A stretch of DNA of 48,908 bases, the filler included, from Catajapyx aquilonaris (lineage: Eukaryota): assembly GCA_000934665.2 (NCBI GenBank). It is 3 parts of 3 records of this genome, joined end to end, with 100 filler letters (N's around TTAATTAATTAA, not from the genome) between each part and the next. Parts side by side here need not be neighbours in the genome. Positions count along the whole stretch, not along the records: positions 1 to 16,235 come from JYFJ02007252.1; 2 more parts are not named here. One strand, given 5' to 3'. Shown in pieces: positions 1 through 12,900 of this stretch; the first letter of the stretch is position 1; each line of letters opens with the position of its first letter. The notes under the pieces were generated by a model that saw only the letters and a program-made list of their open reading frames with translations, ran no database searches and had not been told where the DNA came from. The position numbers and the translations under genes were made by a program.

Positions 1-6
1 TTAAAA

Positions 7-141
7 GAGCATCACTGATTAGTCTCTCATGGAGCGTCAATTTTTAATGCGCTTTTGATACTTTTTTGTTGCTAAAAAGCACCAAGAGAGCATTAGATCA
101 TTAAAAATTGATGCCCCATAGGAAACTCACCAATGATGCTC
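7..141. repeat. Short palindromic (MITE-like) element at the window edge
   Basis: AGAGCATCA...TCAATTTTTAATG is an imperfect inverted copy of CATTAAAAATTGA...TGATGCTCT. Its true ends may lie outside the window. Confidence 0.45.
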
Positions 142-574
142 TTGGTTTGAAATTTACAGTATAGCCGTGTAGGCAAAGAATTCTTTCGAGCAGGCTGACC
201 TCCCGCTGTAACTGGCTCCAAAAATTATTGTAGGTCCCAGCTTTGAGCTTTCCCAGATGGGATGCATCTGTGAACCCATCCCAACCTTCTCAGAAGGGCC
301 CATGCCAAAAGTGAAAGCGGTAGTGCAGTTTTCCAAGAAGTCCTCCTACTATCCTTCTTTACTCTTAGGTCTGGTCCTAATGATGAGTTGAATAAAATTA
401 CTCTTAATTTTCTAATTTTAGAGTACAAGTTCTCTAGTATATAGGATCGTACGGTTTTTTAATTTTTTTAAAAAATATTTTTTTTTCATTTTTTTTACAG
501 CTAGTCGCATGGGGCCCCTAAACGCCTGGGGCCCCCGGGCAAGTGCCCATCGTGCCCATACGGTAAGACGGCAC

Positions 575-1477
575 TGCCCATGACCCCAAGAGCTATGCTG
601 GCGCCAGCCAAGTCGGACAGGTATTTGGGATAGGAGACAGATAACGGTCTTTCCCAAGGTCTTTCCTCTCTTCTTTTTTCTATTTGCTTCTCTCTCCATC
701 TGTCCCACCTTTGCATTTTCTCATAGTCAGATAGCCATGTAGTTGCTTTGCCTTCTTCCTACAATTTAATGGTAACATCTCGGCTTGCTGAGTGAAAGGC
801 CCCAGGTTCGATCCCCACCTGGGGAACTCTGCGTCGGGAGGGTCTCTGACCTGCACCTTGGAGGTGTCTGGCAACCTAACCTCCTGGGGGACTGCACATG
901 GCCCAAAGGCTAGTACAATGCACCTGCACTAGTGTCCCTTCCCCAACAATCCCTTTCCCTACCCTATATCCCGAAAGACCTTGCACGGAGATTGAAGTAA
1001 ATAATTCCACTGGGTATCGGGCAAGGTGGATGGCAGCAGGATCGAAATTCGTAGCTAAGTCTGCCTTGTTGACTTTCTCCTCTCCCTGTTGTTTCGGCGA
1101 GAAGCCTCTCATTCTGCTGGAGTGTCCATGACATCTTTCCCTCTCCAGTTGACTGGTGAACAAGAAAAGGATGATGGAAATGGAGAGAGAAAAAGACACC
1201 ACAAAATAAATAGCTAGACTCAAGTCAGGTCTCCACCTTTGTCGTGGTGGTGGGGACTTGCTTTTCTCCCGTGACCCCAAGAGCCATGCTGGTGGCAGCT
1301 CGTCTATGTTGGCATGGCCAGCCAAGTTGGACAGGTATTTGGGATAGGAGACAGACAACCGGTCTTTCCTCATCTCTCCTTTGTTTTTTCTATTTGCTTC
1401 TGTCTCCTTCTGTCCCACCTTTGCATATTCTTATAGTCAGATAGGATAGCCATATAGTTGCTTTGCCTTCTTCCTAC
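575..1477 (+). repeat. ~190-bp imperfect direct duplication (575-762 / 1270-1477)
   Basis: Both copies share GACCCCAAGAGC.ATGCTGG...GGACAGGTATTTGGGATAGGAGACAGA...TAGTTGCTTTGCCTTCTTCCTACA. Confidence 0.7.
770..890 (+). mobile_element. tRNA-derived SINE, 5'-truncated copy (same family as 39517-39665)
   Basis: B box GGTTCGATCCC; ~110 bp nearly identical to 39548-39664. Confidence 0.7.
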
Positions 1478-1569
1478 ATACAATAATAACCTGAACTAAA
1501 CTCTAGTCGGGATTTAGGCAGAGGACAGTACCGTAAATACATTTCGTCTGGCACCTCTGCTGCCCAGTG

Positions 1570-1960
1570 TGTGCATAGGCGGCGCTGCAGTCTGCCTGGT
1601 TGTGATTGGCGGATCTTTCCTCAGGCCCCTCCTCCTCCTCCTCCTCCACCCTTTCCTTCAACCGTCAATTCCTCTCCCTCCTTCCCTCCCCCTCCCTCCT
1701 CCTCTTCCGGCGTAATTTTTCATGGGAAAGGACGGGCCCTTTCTTCTCTCCGTCTCTCCGATTCTGCCCCGGGGCAATCCGCTGCCCCCCAGGCGGCCCC
1801 GAGCGGCCAGGCGGGAGTTACACCGAGTCGGGAGTTCGTCGGAGCAACAGGAATTATCGCCCCGGAGAATGGAACGGCCTGCAGGTACAAAGGAGGGGGG
1901 ATGAGCCATTGGCGCACCCGAGGGGGGCGGGGAGCGATGGGGTCGCCCCCCCTGGGCTGA
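1570..1960 (+). promoter_or_regulatory. GC/CpG-rich island; candidate promoter or non-coding first exon of the helicase gene
   Basis: GC-rich, CpG-dense block ~2 kb upstream of the ATG. A possible donor CAG|GTACAA lies near 1884 and a good acceptor TTCTACAG at 3845 precedes the start codon. Inference only. Confidence 0.3.
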
Positions 1961-2148
1961 CAAAGCGAAAAAAATTACGATTAGTTCAGAACAAAAAATA
2001 CTATATTTGAAATAAAAATGAGTTAATGTATAATTATATACAACTGCCCCTGCCCCAGGCCCCACGCTTTGGAAGGTCCTGCGCTGGGGAAGACCACGTA
2101 CATGTTAAAATTTTTTACGAATTTCTACCAATATATTATGTGCATATA

Positions 2149-2718
2149 CCGTATTACCTCACATAAAGCGGCATGGCGGTCGACCAGTTTTTAGAAATGC
2201 ATGATCTGGTGGTTATACCGGCATGACTGTATAAGGCGAGGTATGCCGCTATATGGTGAGGTTTTCATATAAGTTACATTATCCTTTCTGAACTGGACAT
2301 TTGCCTGAAAATCGAAATTCACGTAAAGGCTATCGAAAAGGCACATTTTCCAAATAGGGTACCTGTACCATATATTGTTTTCAATTGCAGTGTTTGGCAA
2401 TAATCTCTATTTCAACAGTATGTTAAAGCAGGGGGTTCCCCTGTCAAAGCAGGCTGACGATGGGATTGGTCACACACTCTACATTTTTTAAATGCACTGT
2501 GAAACAGAACTGACATATTCTCACAGCCTGTACACTCCCCCATTTTCATTGTAACATTATTTTAGTATGGTACCAGAATCATTCAAAAAAATTGGCAAGG
2601 ATCAAAATTACAGAAATCTACCTCAGTTATTGCGGCATGCCGGCCAACCCCGGGTTATACTGGCATGCTGTTCGACCTCGTTTTATACTGGCATGCCGCT
2701 TTATGTGAGGTAATACGG
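2149..2718. mobile_element. Tc1/mariner-pogo-type MITE
   Basis: 27-bp perfect TIR CCGTATTACCTCACATAAAGCGGCATG; TA on both flanks; subterminal repeats of TTATAC(C/T)GGCATG. Confidence 0.85.
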
Positions 2719-3052
2719 TAATTTCCACCATTTTGCTCATATAATTAGTCACGACATTTTAAACAAGGATTTAGACAATTTGTCAGTTACATTCACCTCA
2801 CCTTGTGACCTTGAACCCAAATTATTTTTGGCCCCACCCTTGGGATCTTTCTGGGTGTGCCATTGGGATGAGCGGATTTCTGCAAATTTTCAACGGTATT
2901 GTAATGAGGCAGTATTTTGGCCTGTTTTACATTTTGGTGGCAGACCCCTAGCCCCTTCCTCCAATGACCTTCCAACCATGTACACTGGCCACCCATGCTT
3001 GTACTTGGTGTACAACTCTTATTAGAATATTGAACACAGGCAGACTTGTGAT

Positions 3053-3518
3053 CAGTACCGGATTTACCCCCTCTGCGACCCTAGGCAGTTGAGATCCCCC
3101 CTGCTGCTTAAAAATTCAAATTTTCTCTTGAGTTCTCTCCTTCATTTCATTTCATTTTAGTTTGAAAAAAATGTTATATTGCAACTTTGTTACAACGCCC
3201 TCGAAGGATGGCCGCCTTTATGGTTTTCTGCCTAGTAGTAAATCTGCCGACACTAAAAAATTTGAATTTTAAAACGATTTCACCTTTATTTCCTCTTATT
3301 GTAGCCTATTTGAAAAATTAATATTTATTGCAACTCGCGGCTGCCCCTAGGCAATTACCTACTCTGCCTAATGATAAAAATCCGGTGCTGCTCCCAGTCG
3401 CATAATTATTAATTATTAATTCTTCGTTACTTTTTTTTTGTATGCCTAAATTTGCCGCCCCTTGAAATCTGCCGCCCTAGGCAACTGCCTAGGTTGCCTT
3501 GCCGTAAATCAGGCGCTG
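3053..3518. mobile_element. hAT-type non-autonomous element (MITE)
   Basis: 8-bp TSD CTTGTGAT at 3045-3052 and 3519-3526; imperfect TIRs CAGTACCGGATTTAC / GTAAATCAGGCGCTG; internal CCCTAGGCA subrepeats. Confidence 0.8.
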
Positions 3519-3932
3519 CTTGTGATCGGACTTTGTAGCTTCAGCACAACTTACTTTGGTATTGTCTAATTGGCTGTAACATTTGAGTGGACAACAGATC
3601 GGGACGATATAAAAGTGTAAGGGTCAGGAGTGTTGTGTCCCCCAAAGCGAGCCCCCGGCTGGAGTACGGGGTAGAAAAATAAAATAAATAAATAAATAAA
3701 ATAAGTATTGTCTAATTGGCATAATGTGTGATTCTGTTGGTCCTCATATAGTCATATGTACGTGATAGGTTGGCATGATCACCATGTATGGTAATAAGTT
3801 ATTTCCAAAATAATAATAACTTGCTCTTACTTTTATATTCTACAGGCACCTGCGTTTGAGGAAAAAACCTGCAATCATATTTATATTGGAAATCAGCCCA
3901 TCGGATAAGAGGCTCTGAACATAGTAGTAAAA

Positions 3933-6900
3933 ATGTTCCTGAGATTCTTTAAAGCCTTGACTTCCAAACTTTTCGCATCAGAGGAGGAGGAGGAACCCCC
4001 TACCAAATGGTTGAAATGGAAGCGAGAAGATGAGTTGTCTTCTGATGCTAGTACAAGTGTCACTGTCACAGGCATTGTAACTTTGATAGATGGGTCCTTT
4101 GGACTCATTGACAGCAAGCTGTACTTTAGTTACCCTATCCCAGGGGTGGCTGTGACGATGGGAGATCAGGTGAGTTATGTCAAGTACCGTGCATCTCCTT
4201 CAGCCCCTTGGAAAGTGACGAAGATAATGGCAGTGGTGCAGGACTGTTGGGTGGAGAAGGAAGAGGAAGAGGAGGGGGAACTTGAGCGAGCACGAAAGAA
4301 GATGCCAGGAAAAGTGGAGGCAGCAGGAGGGAAGCGTATCAAAATTGCCATTGAAAATTTTCGTGGAGACCTGGATCTATCCCGGTTTGACCTGCCGAAG
4401 ATGTTACCAGGTAAGTTCAGTTTTGCTTGCACGTGTGTGTATGTGTGTGCATTTCTGCTAATTCTGCTAATAGAAGCTCATGGTTGGAATTTGCATGAGG
4501 TACAATGATCATTATGTAGCCAATAGGTCCATGAAGTGGCTAGGCTAGCACCAAATTTCGCAAGTTTTATTTCTACTACTCCATCAAGCATAGTTTAAGG
4601 GAAAAATCTTGGGAACCCTCTGTTAAAGGACTTTCTGTAGTATTTCTGCCATGAATGCACCAGAGAATAAATAAGGAAAGGGTTATATTTCGTGGACATG
4701 GAAGGAGAAATCCACTAATCCAATAAATCAGTCAACTATTGGACCTCTCTCTCAATAGTTATCTTATAAAATGATATGCCAATAATTACCTGATGTATAA
4801 TATCTGCTTCAATACATACATGATGAATGTTTCATTATCTGAGAGAAATGTGCATGATGTGTGGAATTAATTGCATAAAAATAACTTCTATTTTTATGCT
4901 TGCAATTCATTTTGTGCAATTTTTTTGCTACATTTACTCAATCATGTGACATAATAATGGTAGTACCATGTGGAAGAGGCTTCCCAGTAGGTGACCTGGA
5001 AAATTTTGGTAGTTTATTTGGTTATGTGAAAGTATAGGGCATGTACCTCAACAGTAACATATGATACGCAGAGTCTGTAAATTCTCTTCTTTGTACAGGG
5101 GATTGGCTGATGCTGGACTTGACTGGCACCTTTGACCCAGTTACACATCACCTCAAGAAGATTCTTAAAGTGCATGGTGCAGCACCAAACCGACTCATAC
5201 ATTGTTCAGGAAAGGTGACTCTTCTCAACAAAGGCTTCGGTCTGGTAGACAACAAATTCTTATTTCTTCGTGCGTCATGTGCAGGGTACACCCCCAAAAT
5301 TCGGGATATGGTCGATGTAGTCGCACTTGAGAGCGCACAGGGAAAACACGCATGGCGAGTTATTGACATGCATCAGGTACCAGAAGAGGGGAGAGACCAA
5401 CTCTTAACAGCCAATGCTATTTTGCCAGGCAGTGCTGAAAACATGGGAATTGAGATCCACCCAAACATGATTGAATTTGGCACCATACAGGCTATGCGAC
5501 CTGGAGTCAGGCATGTTGAAATTACAAACACCAGTAAAAATCCTGAAGTCCTAATGGGTGTCACATTTTCCTCTGGAAAGCATTATGAGGTCCAGGATCC
5601 TGAAACAGTATCCCACTTGTTGGTACCTGCTCATCAAAGTGTAATAGTCAAACTGTGCTGCAAACCTAATGGCTTGGGAGATGCCCCTGATATTGCCACC
5701 TTTAACTTTGGCTGTTTCACTATGTTGCGCCGAGTCACTGCCGTAGTGGTGGCCAGCTCAGGTGTGGCTGCCCTGCGCCTCGCAGCCAAACAGATGAATG
5801 TGTCTCGCGAGTTAAAGATTGTCAAGGGTGAATTCTCAGTCCAGACCAGCTACCTAATTCCAAGGCGCCTCCCACAGTATCCAGTCCCTGAGATGCTGTA
5901 CAAAATTTATGAGACGTATGACTGGAGGGATGACAGAAGCTTCATGGAAGCATTTCCAGCCCTTGGTAAGCGCCTGACTCCAGAGACATACGTCAGCAAA
6001 CTGGATGGCCTTCTTTACCTGGAGGAGGCAGAGAATATGCTGCATCTGAGGGAGTATGACGTGATAGGAACAACGTTCAGGCGCAAAGGGGATTTCCTTT
6101 CTATGGCTGTCACAGGCTTGTCCGAAGCAAGGCCTTCCATCATGGTTGGAGACTGTGTCATTGCCTCACCACCGCATGATAAAACAGGTGAAGTAGAAAC
6201 AAGGTATCATCATTATTACTAGCTCTTAAAAAATAAATAAGAGCTAGTAAATGAAAACATAATAACTTATGATTTTTAAATCAATGCAGCTGCACCATTC
6301 TCCAAAGCAAGAGAAATATTGATTTTCACACTAAAGGTTAATGATGACAAGAAATTTTAACTGTTTGAAATAGAAGTGATTCCACTTACCTGTAATTTCC
6401 CTTATTCTTCCAACCCTAGCTGACCGATTCCAAGGCTGCATACATGAAGTTCACAGCACAGAGATATACCTGCGGTTTGCTCCCGCTTTCCACGAGCAGT
6501 ATGATGGGGAATCATATGATATTCGCTTTGAGGTGAGCCGAAGCGGGTATCGTCGACTTCACCAGGGTGTCGATCTCTTCTTGCGACACCTGCCCCAAGA
6601 GATGCTTTTCCCATCTCATGTGATGGTCAGCCAGCCAAGGGTCACATTCACGGAGATGGGGAATGAGCCACTGCATCCTCCTAGAAAGTTTCCAAAGGTT
6701 CATGAAGTGCCTCAAGAGTCAGTGGCATATGGGACTGAAGATGTGACAAAGTCTGATGCACCGTTACACGCATCTTCTGGGTTTGTAGAATGTTTGCTGT
6801 AGTAGCAATTTTTAATAATCATTTTCTTTCGGACCTTTCTGTCCATGGGTGCGAGTATTACAGCTGTGCCAGTTCGCCTCTGCCTCCCAATCTCTTTGAT

Positions 6901-9900
6901 ATTAATAAGGCAGGCGCCGCGGTAACGCGTGCGCCCACGGATATGAAGGTCCCGGGTTCAATCCCCACCCGGGGTTCCCACCTTTATCCGTGCAGAGTTG
7001 GGCCATCTCTGGCTTCATTTCGGGTGGCAATTTCCGACAGACTAAGCCACCCGGGGGAGTTCACAAAATGACGATTAGAGACATTGCACTCGCACTTTGC
7101 ACATCCCCTCCCACCCACCCTTGGAGTACACTAATTAAGATCTTCTTTAACTCGCTCCAAAAAACAAATTCCAATGGTGGTAACCCACCCCCCCTAAGGA
7201 GTACGTAACTCCCCCCGTGGGGTAATGCAAAAAAATAAAATAAAAATAATAAAAAAAATAAAAAAAATAAGGCAGTACAGAATTTGTGATTGAGTAGATC
7301 TTTTCACACATGTTGATATTATTTATACGGTACCATGTCTTCCAATTGCTGATCTCCCCAACATCTCGTTATCTCGTTATTTGCAATTGCAGTGGGTGTT
7401 GTTCATAAGTGGGGTTAACATTTGTCTCCTTCTTCGCTGACTACCCTTGTAGGGAAATGTCATGATGATGACATTACAGAAGCTGCAATCACCAGGGGAG
7501 TTACATGCAGGATGTGACTATGGGGAAATATATTTCCAATATGTATTTACAGTATTCACAGAATTGCACATTGTGAGTAGTTTTCTGCAATGTTCTGCTA
7601 TAGGAAACATGTTCTTGAACTGATATATGTGGCTCTCGGACATTCTTTCCATTTAACCTAATGTCATTAGAAAATCTTTTTAATAACTTAAAGATAGCTG
7701 CTTAAAAATGAGCAGCTTATAGGCAAAAATTGGCAATTGGACACTTTGGAACTGAACACACTGTATTGTATAATTATCATGTATATTATATATAAATTCA
7801 GACTATAATTTTCAGGAATGATTCACAACAGCAGTCACAAAAGTCAAAGCCTGGGACAACCACTAATGTTGGTCCATCCCTGCCTTGGCGAAAGCCAAAC
7901 CTGCACATCCGAGACTATTCAGAACTGATGCGCCCCCTCAAATCCAACTGGCGAGTAGGACTGACACACCCTGTGTCTCTTCGTTGGGTGAACAGAAACC
8001 TGAATGAGCAACAGAAGAATGCAGTTAGACGCATCCTAAAGGGAGAGGCCAGGCCTCTACCTTACATCATATATGGACCTCCTGGGACTGGGAAAACTGT
8101 GACACTCATTGAGGCTGCACTGCAGGCCTATCGACTCATAAATTTCAGCAGGTAAGATTTTTACTGTGATACATAATACTCAGCACTGAATATTTTTGTT
8201 AGTGATGAGATGTGTCCCTACCACCTTTGACAAAAATGTTGATACTGTAATATTGTCATTTGGAACTGATTTTGTAAAAGCTATTTCTGATTCTGATTTG
8301 CCTTAAAGCTTGAATAGAAATTGCATGACATATTTTGAAGCAGCTGTTAAGTTGGAAGTAAATCATGGAGTGAATACTGGGGGATGTCTTGGTATTACTC
8401 AGTTGCCACATGCCAGCCACTAGCCATTAAAATACTGTAGTTCTTAAAACTTTGTTCTTGTGGGAACTTTGCCAATTCCAGATTGCTGTTGTATGTTACA
8501 ATGCTTCTGCTAGATAAAGGTCAAGGAATTGTACTGGATATGTCAGTTATGTAGATGTCTTTGACTAGAGCATAATTAGGATGTATATTATTTTTCTCCC
8601 ACAGGATCTTAGTAGTGACCCCATCTAATAGTTCGGCTGACATCATAGTTACCCGCCTCCATCGAACCGGTATATTAAAGGTATGATTTTTATTGAACTG
8701 AACCTTTTAGATTTTTGGAAACTTATAAATAGGCCTACACATTGTAGGGACGATAGTCCCTGTAAGTAAGATCCTCGTGCAAAAACAACAATGAAAATTT
8801 TCCTTGTTCTTGTTGTTGGGATGAGTTTTTCTGTCAAGCATATCTCCAAAACCGTTGCAAGTACAGCCTTCATATTTTGAACACATATCCGGCCCGACGT
8901 GCTGCAGTGCCCGATCCCCTACACAAAAAACCCAAGGACGTAATAGAACCCCGAAATAAAATTATAAGTGAATAATTCATTATGAGCAGCAATGCGTGTA
9001 ACTGGAATTTATGTGTGACAATAATAGTCACACATTATTTAGAATATTATTTTGTGTAAATATCATCTCTACACTTTATGCGGAATTACGTACACTAACT
9101 GCTTAAATAAATATATGCTTTACCTTATTTTCATTACATTATTATTAAATAAACATTTCATTCATTCAACTTGTTATTATATTTCATTCAGTTTCCACGG
9201 TATCCTCCTTAGGTCAACAGTTGAGTGACTCGATTATGACTGTAGTTGTTGCCAACCATCAAATATTATTGAATTTGTCTTAGATACGATAACTCTATCA
9301 TGTTCGTATGAATTCCATTCGAGCTTCGTGTCATCAGTCCTCCTGCACCCTTCAACTTAAACTAACTAAACTGAAACTATCTTGATTTTGGTAAGTTAAT
9401 GCATTTATAATTCACGCAGGCTTCATAAACCCAAGGGGGTAATCACTTCGGTACTCCGGTGTACACCTGGGAGTGGTACTCCCTGGTACTCCTCAGGCAT
9501 AACCTCACTCTTTATTACTCCGTGGTACTCCTTGAATTTGGTACTCCAGTGTACACTTTTCAATCGAGTGATTACCCCCTTGCGTAAACCCCTGCGGTTC
9601 GTCCTTGCCGGTATACGTAGCCCAACCAGTATAAGACTTTGGTGTTGCCCCCTTTCTCCTCCCGCTGATTCGAACGGCAACCACTTACCACATAGGCATA
9701 CGACACCCGTATGATATATGACTTTAGTGTAGTTATTCTCACTCCCAATAACCGACTTTCTTCCCTTTCTCTCACCATCATGTACCAGGATGATGAGAGA
9801 GGCCATGATCTTATTTCTTGTCCATGCAATACTAGAGTAGTATTTTGAGGAGACTTGTGTCCACATGGGAAAGTGATTGAGTGAGCATGGGTATAGGACC

Positions 9901-12900
9901 CGAACAACGCGACCACCTCCACGTGGTGGGTCCTGGGTACAGCCGGGTAGCGAATAATCACTTCTAACCACCTTATACATTTGAGAACTTAGACAGATGT
10001 CATGAAGAAGGGACTTGTGGTAATGAAATTTGGTCGGAAAGAAATTAACCAAGCAACCAACTATAAGCAGCCATCTTTCACAAGATAAAACTAATCAGAA
10101 ATCATCTCTCTCCTCTCAACTGTGTACGAACCTTAACCCCTTCCAAAAAAATCTTTCCGACGCCCAAGAGGTAAGGATCCGCTCCTCTCTCTGTACCAGG
10201 ACAATTCCCACCATGCCTTTTCTAGGTCCAGAACTTATATGACAAAAGTCGTTGAGACTCTCAACACTTCCTGACAATCCTGCCTGCCACCTCAACATCT
10301 CTATAAACTCTATCTCCACTCTCCTCTCAACTGTGTACGAACCTTAATAAAACCGACCAAGAAAATCTTCTCCTCGCCCAAGATGTAAGTATCCGCTCCT
10401 CTCTCTATACAGAGTTTCCCAAACTGTGCTCCACGAAGCTTCTCCAAGTGCTCCACGAGGAGGGTGGGGAGAAAAGGAATTCTTCAATAAGCTATATACC
10501 CATTTAAATCTCTCAGTAGCTGCCGTGACCTTGAACCCGAATTTTTTCGCCTGCGGCGCCCTTTTGTCACTCGACTTCCCATTTACTAATTTGGCGCCCC
10601 CCCCCCCCCAGAATTTTTTTATGCTTACGCCGTCGATGACGTTAGTGCTCCGTCACAAATATCNAATATCTCTGCTGAAAAGTGCTCCGTGACTCAAAAA
10701 GTTTGGGAACCTCTGCTCTATACCATCCTATGAGTATAACACTATAACTGCATGTTCAGGTTGCTTTGTCAAAAAATAGCTGCAATTATCACAAAAAATA
10801 ATTCCCTACGGAATTGTAAAAAAAAGGAAAGTAAGATCCAAGTAACGGATAGAAATTACTGAAACAAGACTGGGCTGCGTAAGATCTTCAACCTTATGGA
10901 TAAAAAATGTAACCCAGAGATCTTACTTCTGCATTTTACACAATAATTAGATTTGTATCATGGTGATGATCAAAGCGTCTTTGTTCATCAAGGTATAGGC
11001 GTGCAATCNATTTCGTACTTCCCGACGTCGTAGAGACCTCGGACTTGCGCCGTTGGATTTCTAGCCGCCGATATACCGATTCCAAAAATCCTCATAATCG
11101 CCAAATTCCCAGCCGTTTTCGAGATCGCCAAATTAAATGTAGACGCAAACCCGAGATCGCTAAATTAATGTATCCGCAAACTCCCCCGGATCCCCGAGAA
11201 CAATAGCCCACCCCCTTCTCTCTCCCCTCTTCTCCAGCCGCTGTCACTCAAACCAGCCGCAGAAGTTCGTTAAAGCTCGAGAACAATAGCCCTATCCATC
11301 ACCCGCTGACAGGTCCATTCACTCTAATCCCACCGAGCCTTTTTTCATGATACGTCACCTAGGGCGCATTTTAATACTCCACACCCTTGTGGACCGTGAC
11401 GTCACGGGTTCTGTAAACGGATGGATTTCTGTAACCGGATGGATTAGGCGGTACACGGGCACCGTGCCGAAGGCGCGCACGTGGGGCGCAGCCCCACGGG
11501 GGGGTGGGGGGGGGCGCAGCCCCCCCGCCTCGCAAAGCGAGTATAACACTATAACTGCATGTTCAGGTTGCTTTGTCAAAAAATAGCTGCAATTATCACA
11601 AAAAATAATTCCCTACGGAATTGTAAAAAAAAGGAAAGTAAGATCCAAGTAACGGATAGAAATGACTGAAACAAGACTGGGCTGCGTAAGATCTTCAACC
11701 TTATGGATAAAAAATGTAACCCAGAGATCTTACTTCCGCATTTTACACAATAATTAGATTTGTATCATGGTGATGATCAAAGCGTCTTTGTTCATCAAGG
11801 TATAGGCGTGCAATCTGGGATTATTTAATGCTTATAATAATAATATAATAGAATAAAAAAATAATAATATGATAATAAGAATAAACGATATAAAAAAATG
11901 TTATTAATTGGTTCATCGATTAGCTGAGTGGCTGGAAGGTTAAATGTTTCACATTATAATAATTCACATATAATATAATATATAATATAATATGTAATAT
12001 AATATAATATGTAATATAATATAATATGTAATATAATATGTAATATAATATATAATATAATATGTAATATAATATGTAATATAATGTGTAATATAATATA
12101 TAACATAATATAATATACCATATGTAATGTAATATATATAATACAATACAATATACAATATGTAATGTAATATAATATATAATACAATATAATATATAAT
12201 ACAATATAATATATAATACAATATAATATATAATACAATATAATATGTAATATAATATAATATGTGTTGTAATATTGCATTATACAGATCAATAAACAAG
12301 TCTCTCTGAGGGGATTCCCACCTCCACCCAATAGCCAATCCTAGACCAGGAAGGTTGCACAATGTTGCTTCATGCTTCCAGCCTTTCCTCCCCCATCACC
12401 CTTGCTTATGCCTCCCTTCCACCTAGCCACGCAGCAGTCTAGGGACTGGACCCAAAGAGAGCAGATGTAACTCAGTCTGTGTTTCACTTATAACATTCTC
12501 TCTGACTACCAGATGATGTTATAACAATATGTAATATATAATATAATATATTTAATAAGGATAAAGGATAAATATAATCCTTGAATTAATTAATTTGTTC
12601 ATCGATTTACTGAGTAGCTTGAATGTTTAATGGTCCACAGATTGGCTTATTAGCATTAGGATGGCTGATGAACAAAGACGCTTTGATCATCACCATGATA
12701 CAAATCTAATTATTGTGTAAAATGCGGAAGTAAGATCTCTGGGTTACATTTATCCATAAGGTTGAAGATCTTACGCAGCCCAGTCTTGTTTCAGTAATTT
12801 CTATCCGTTACTTGGATCTTACTTTCCTTTTTTTTTACAATTCCGTAGGGAATTATTTTTTGTGATAATATTCATTTGTGTATGTGTATGAGTGAGTTTG

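Noticed and set aside
876..2065. ORFs of 129-180 aa upstream of the helicase
   Set aside because: They overlap SINE, duplicated or GC-rich low-complexity sequence and show no protein motif.
11920..12362. Y/I-rich ORFs of 94-132 aa
   Set aside because: They are translations of an AT-rich satellite.
12660..12700. Hammerhead ribozyme core (CTGATGA plus stem)
   Set aside because: No GAAA follows the stem, and the sequence is the inner edge of a TIR. Other CTGANGA hits (~30434, ~48636) also lack the full core.
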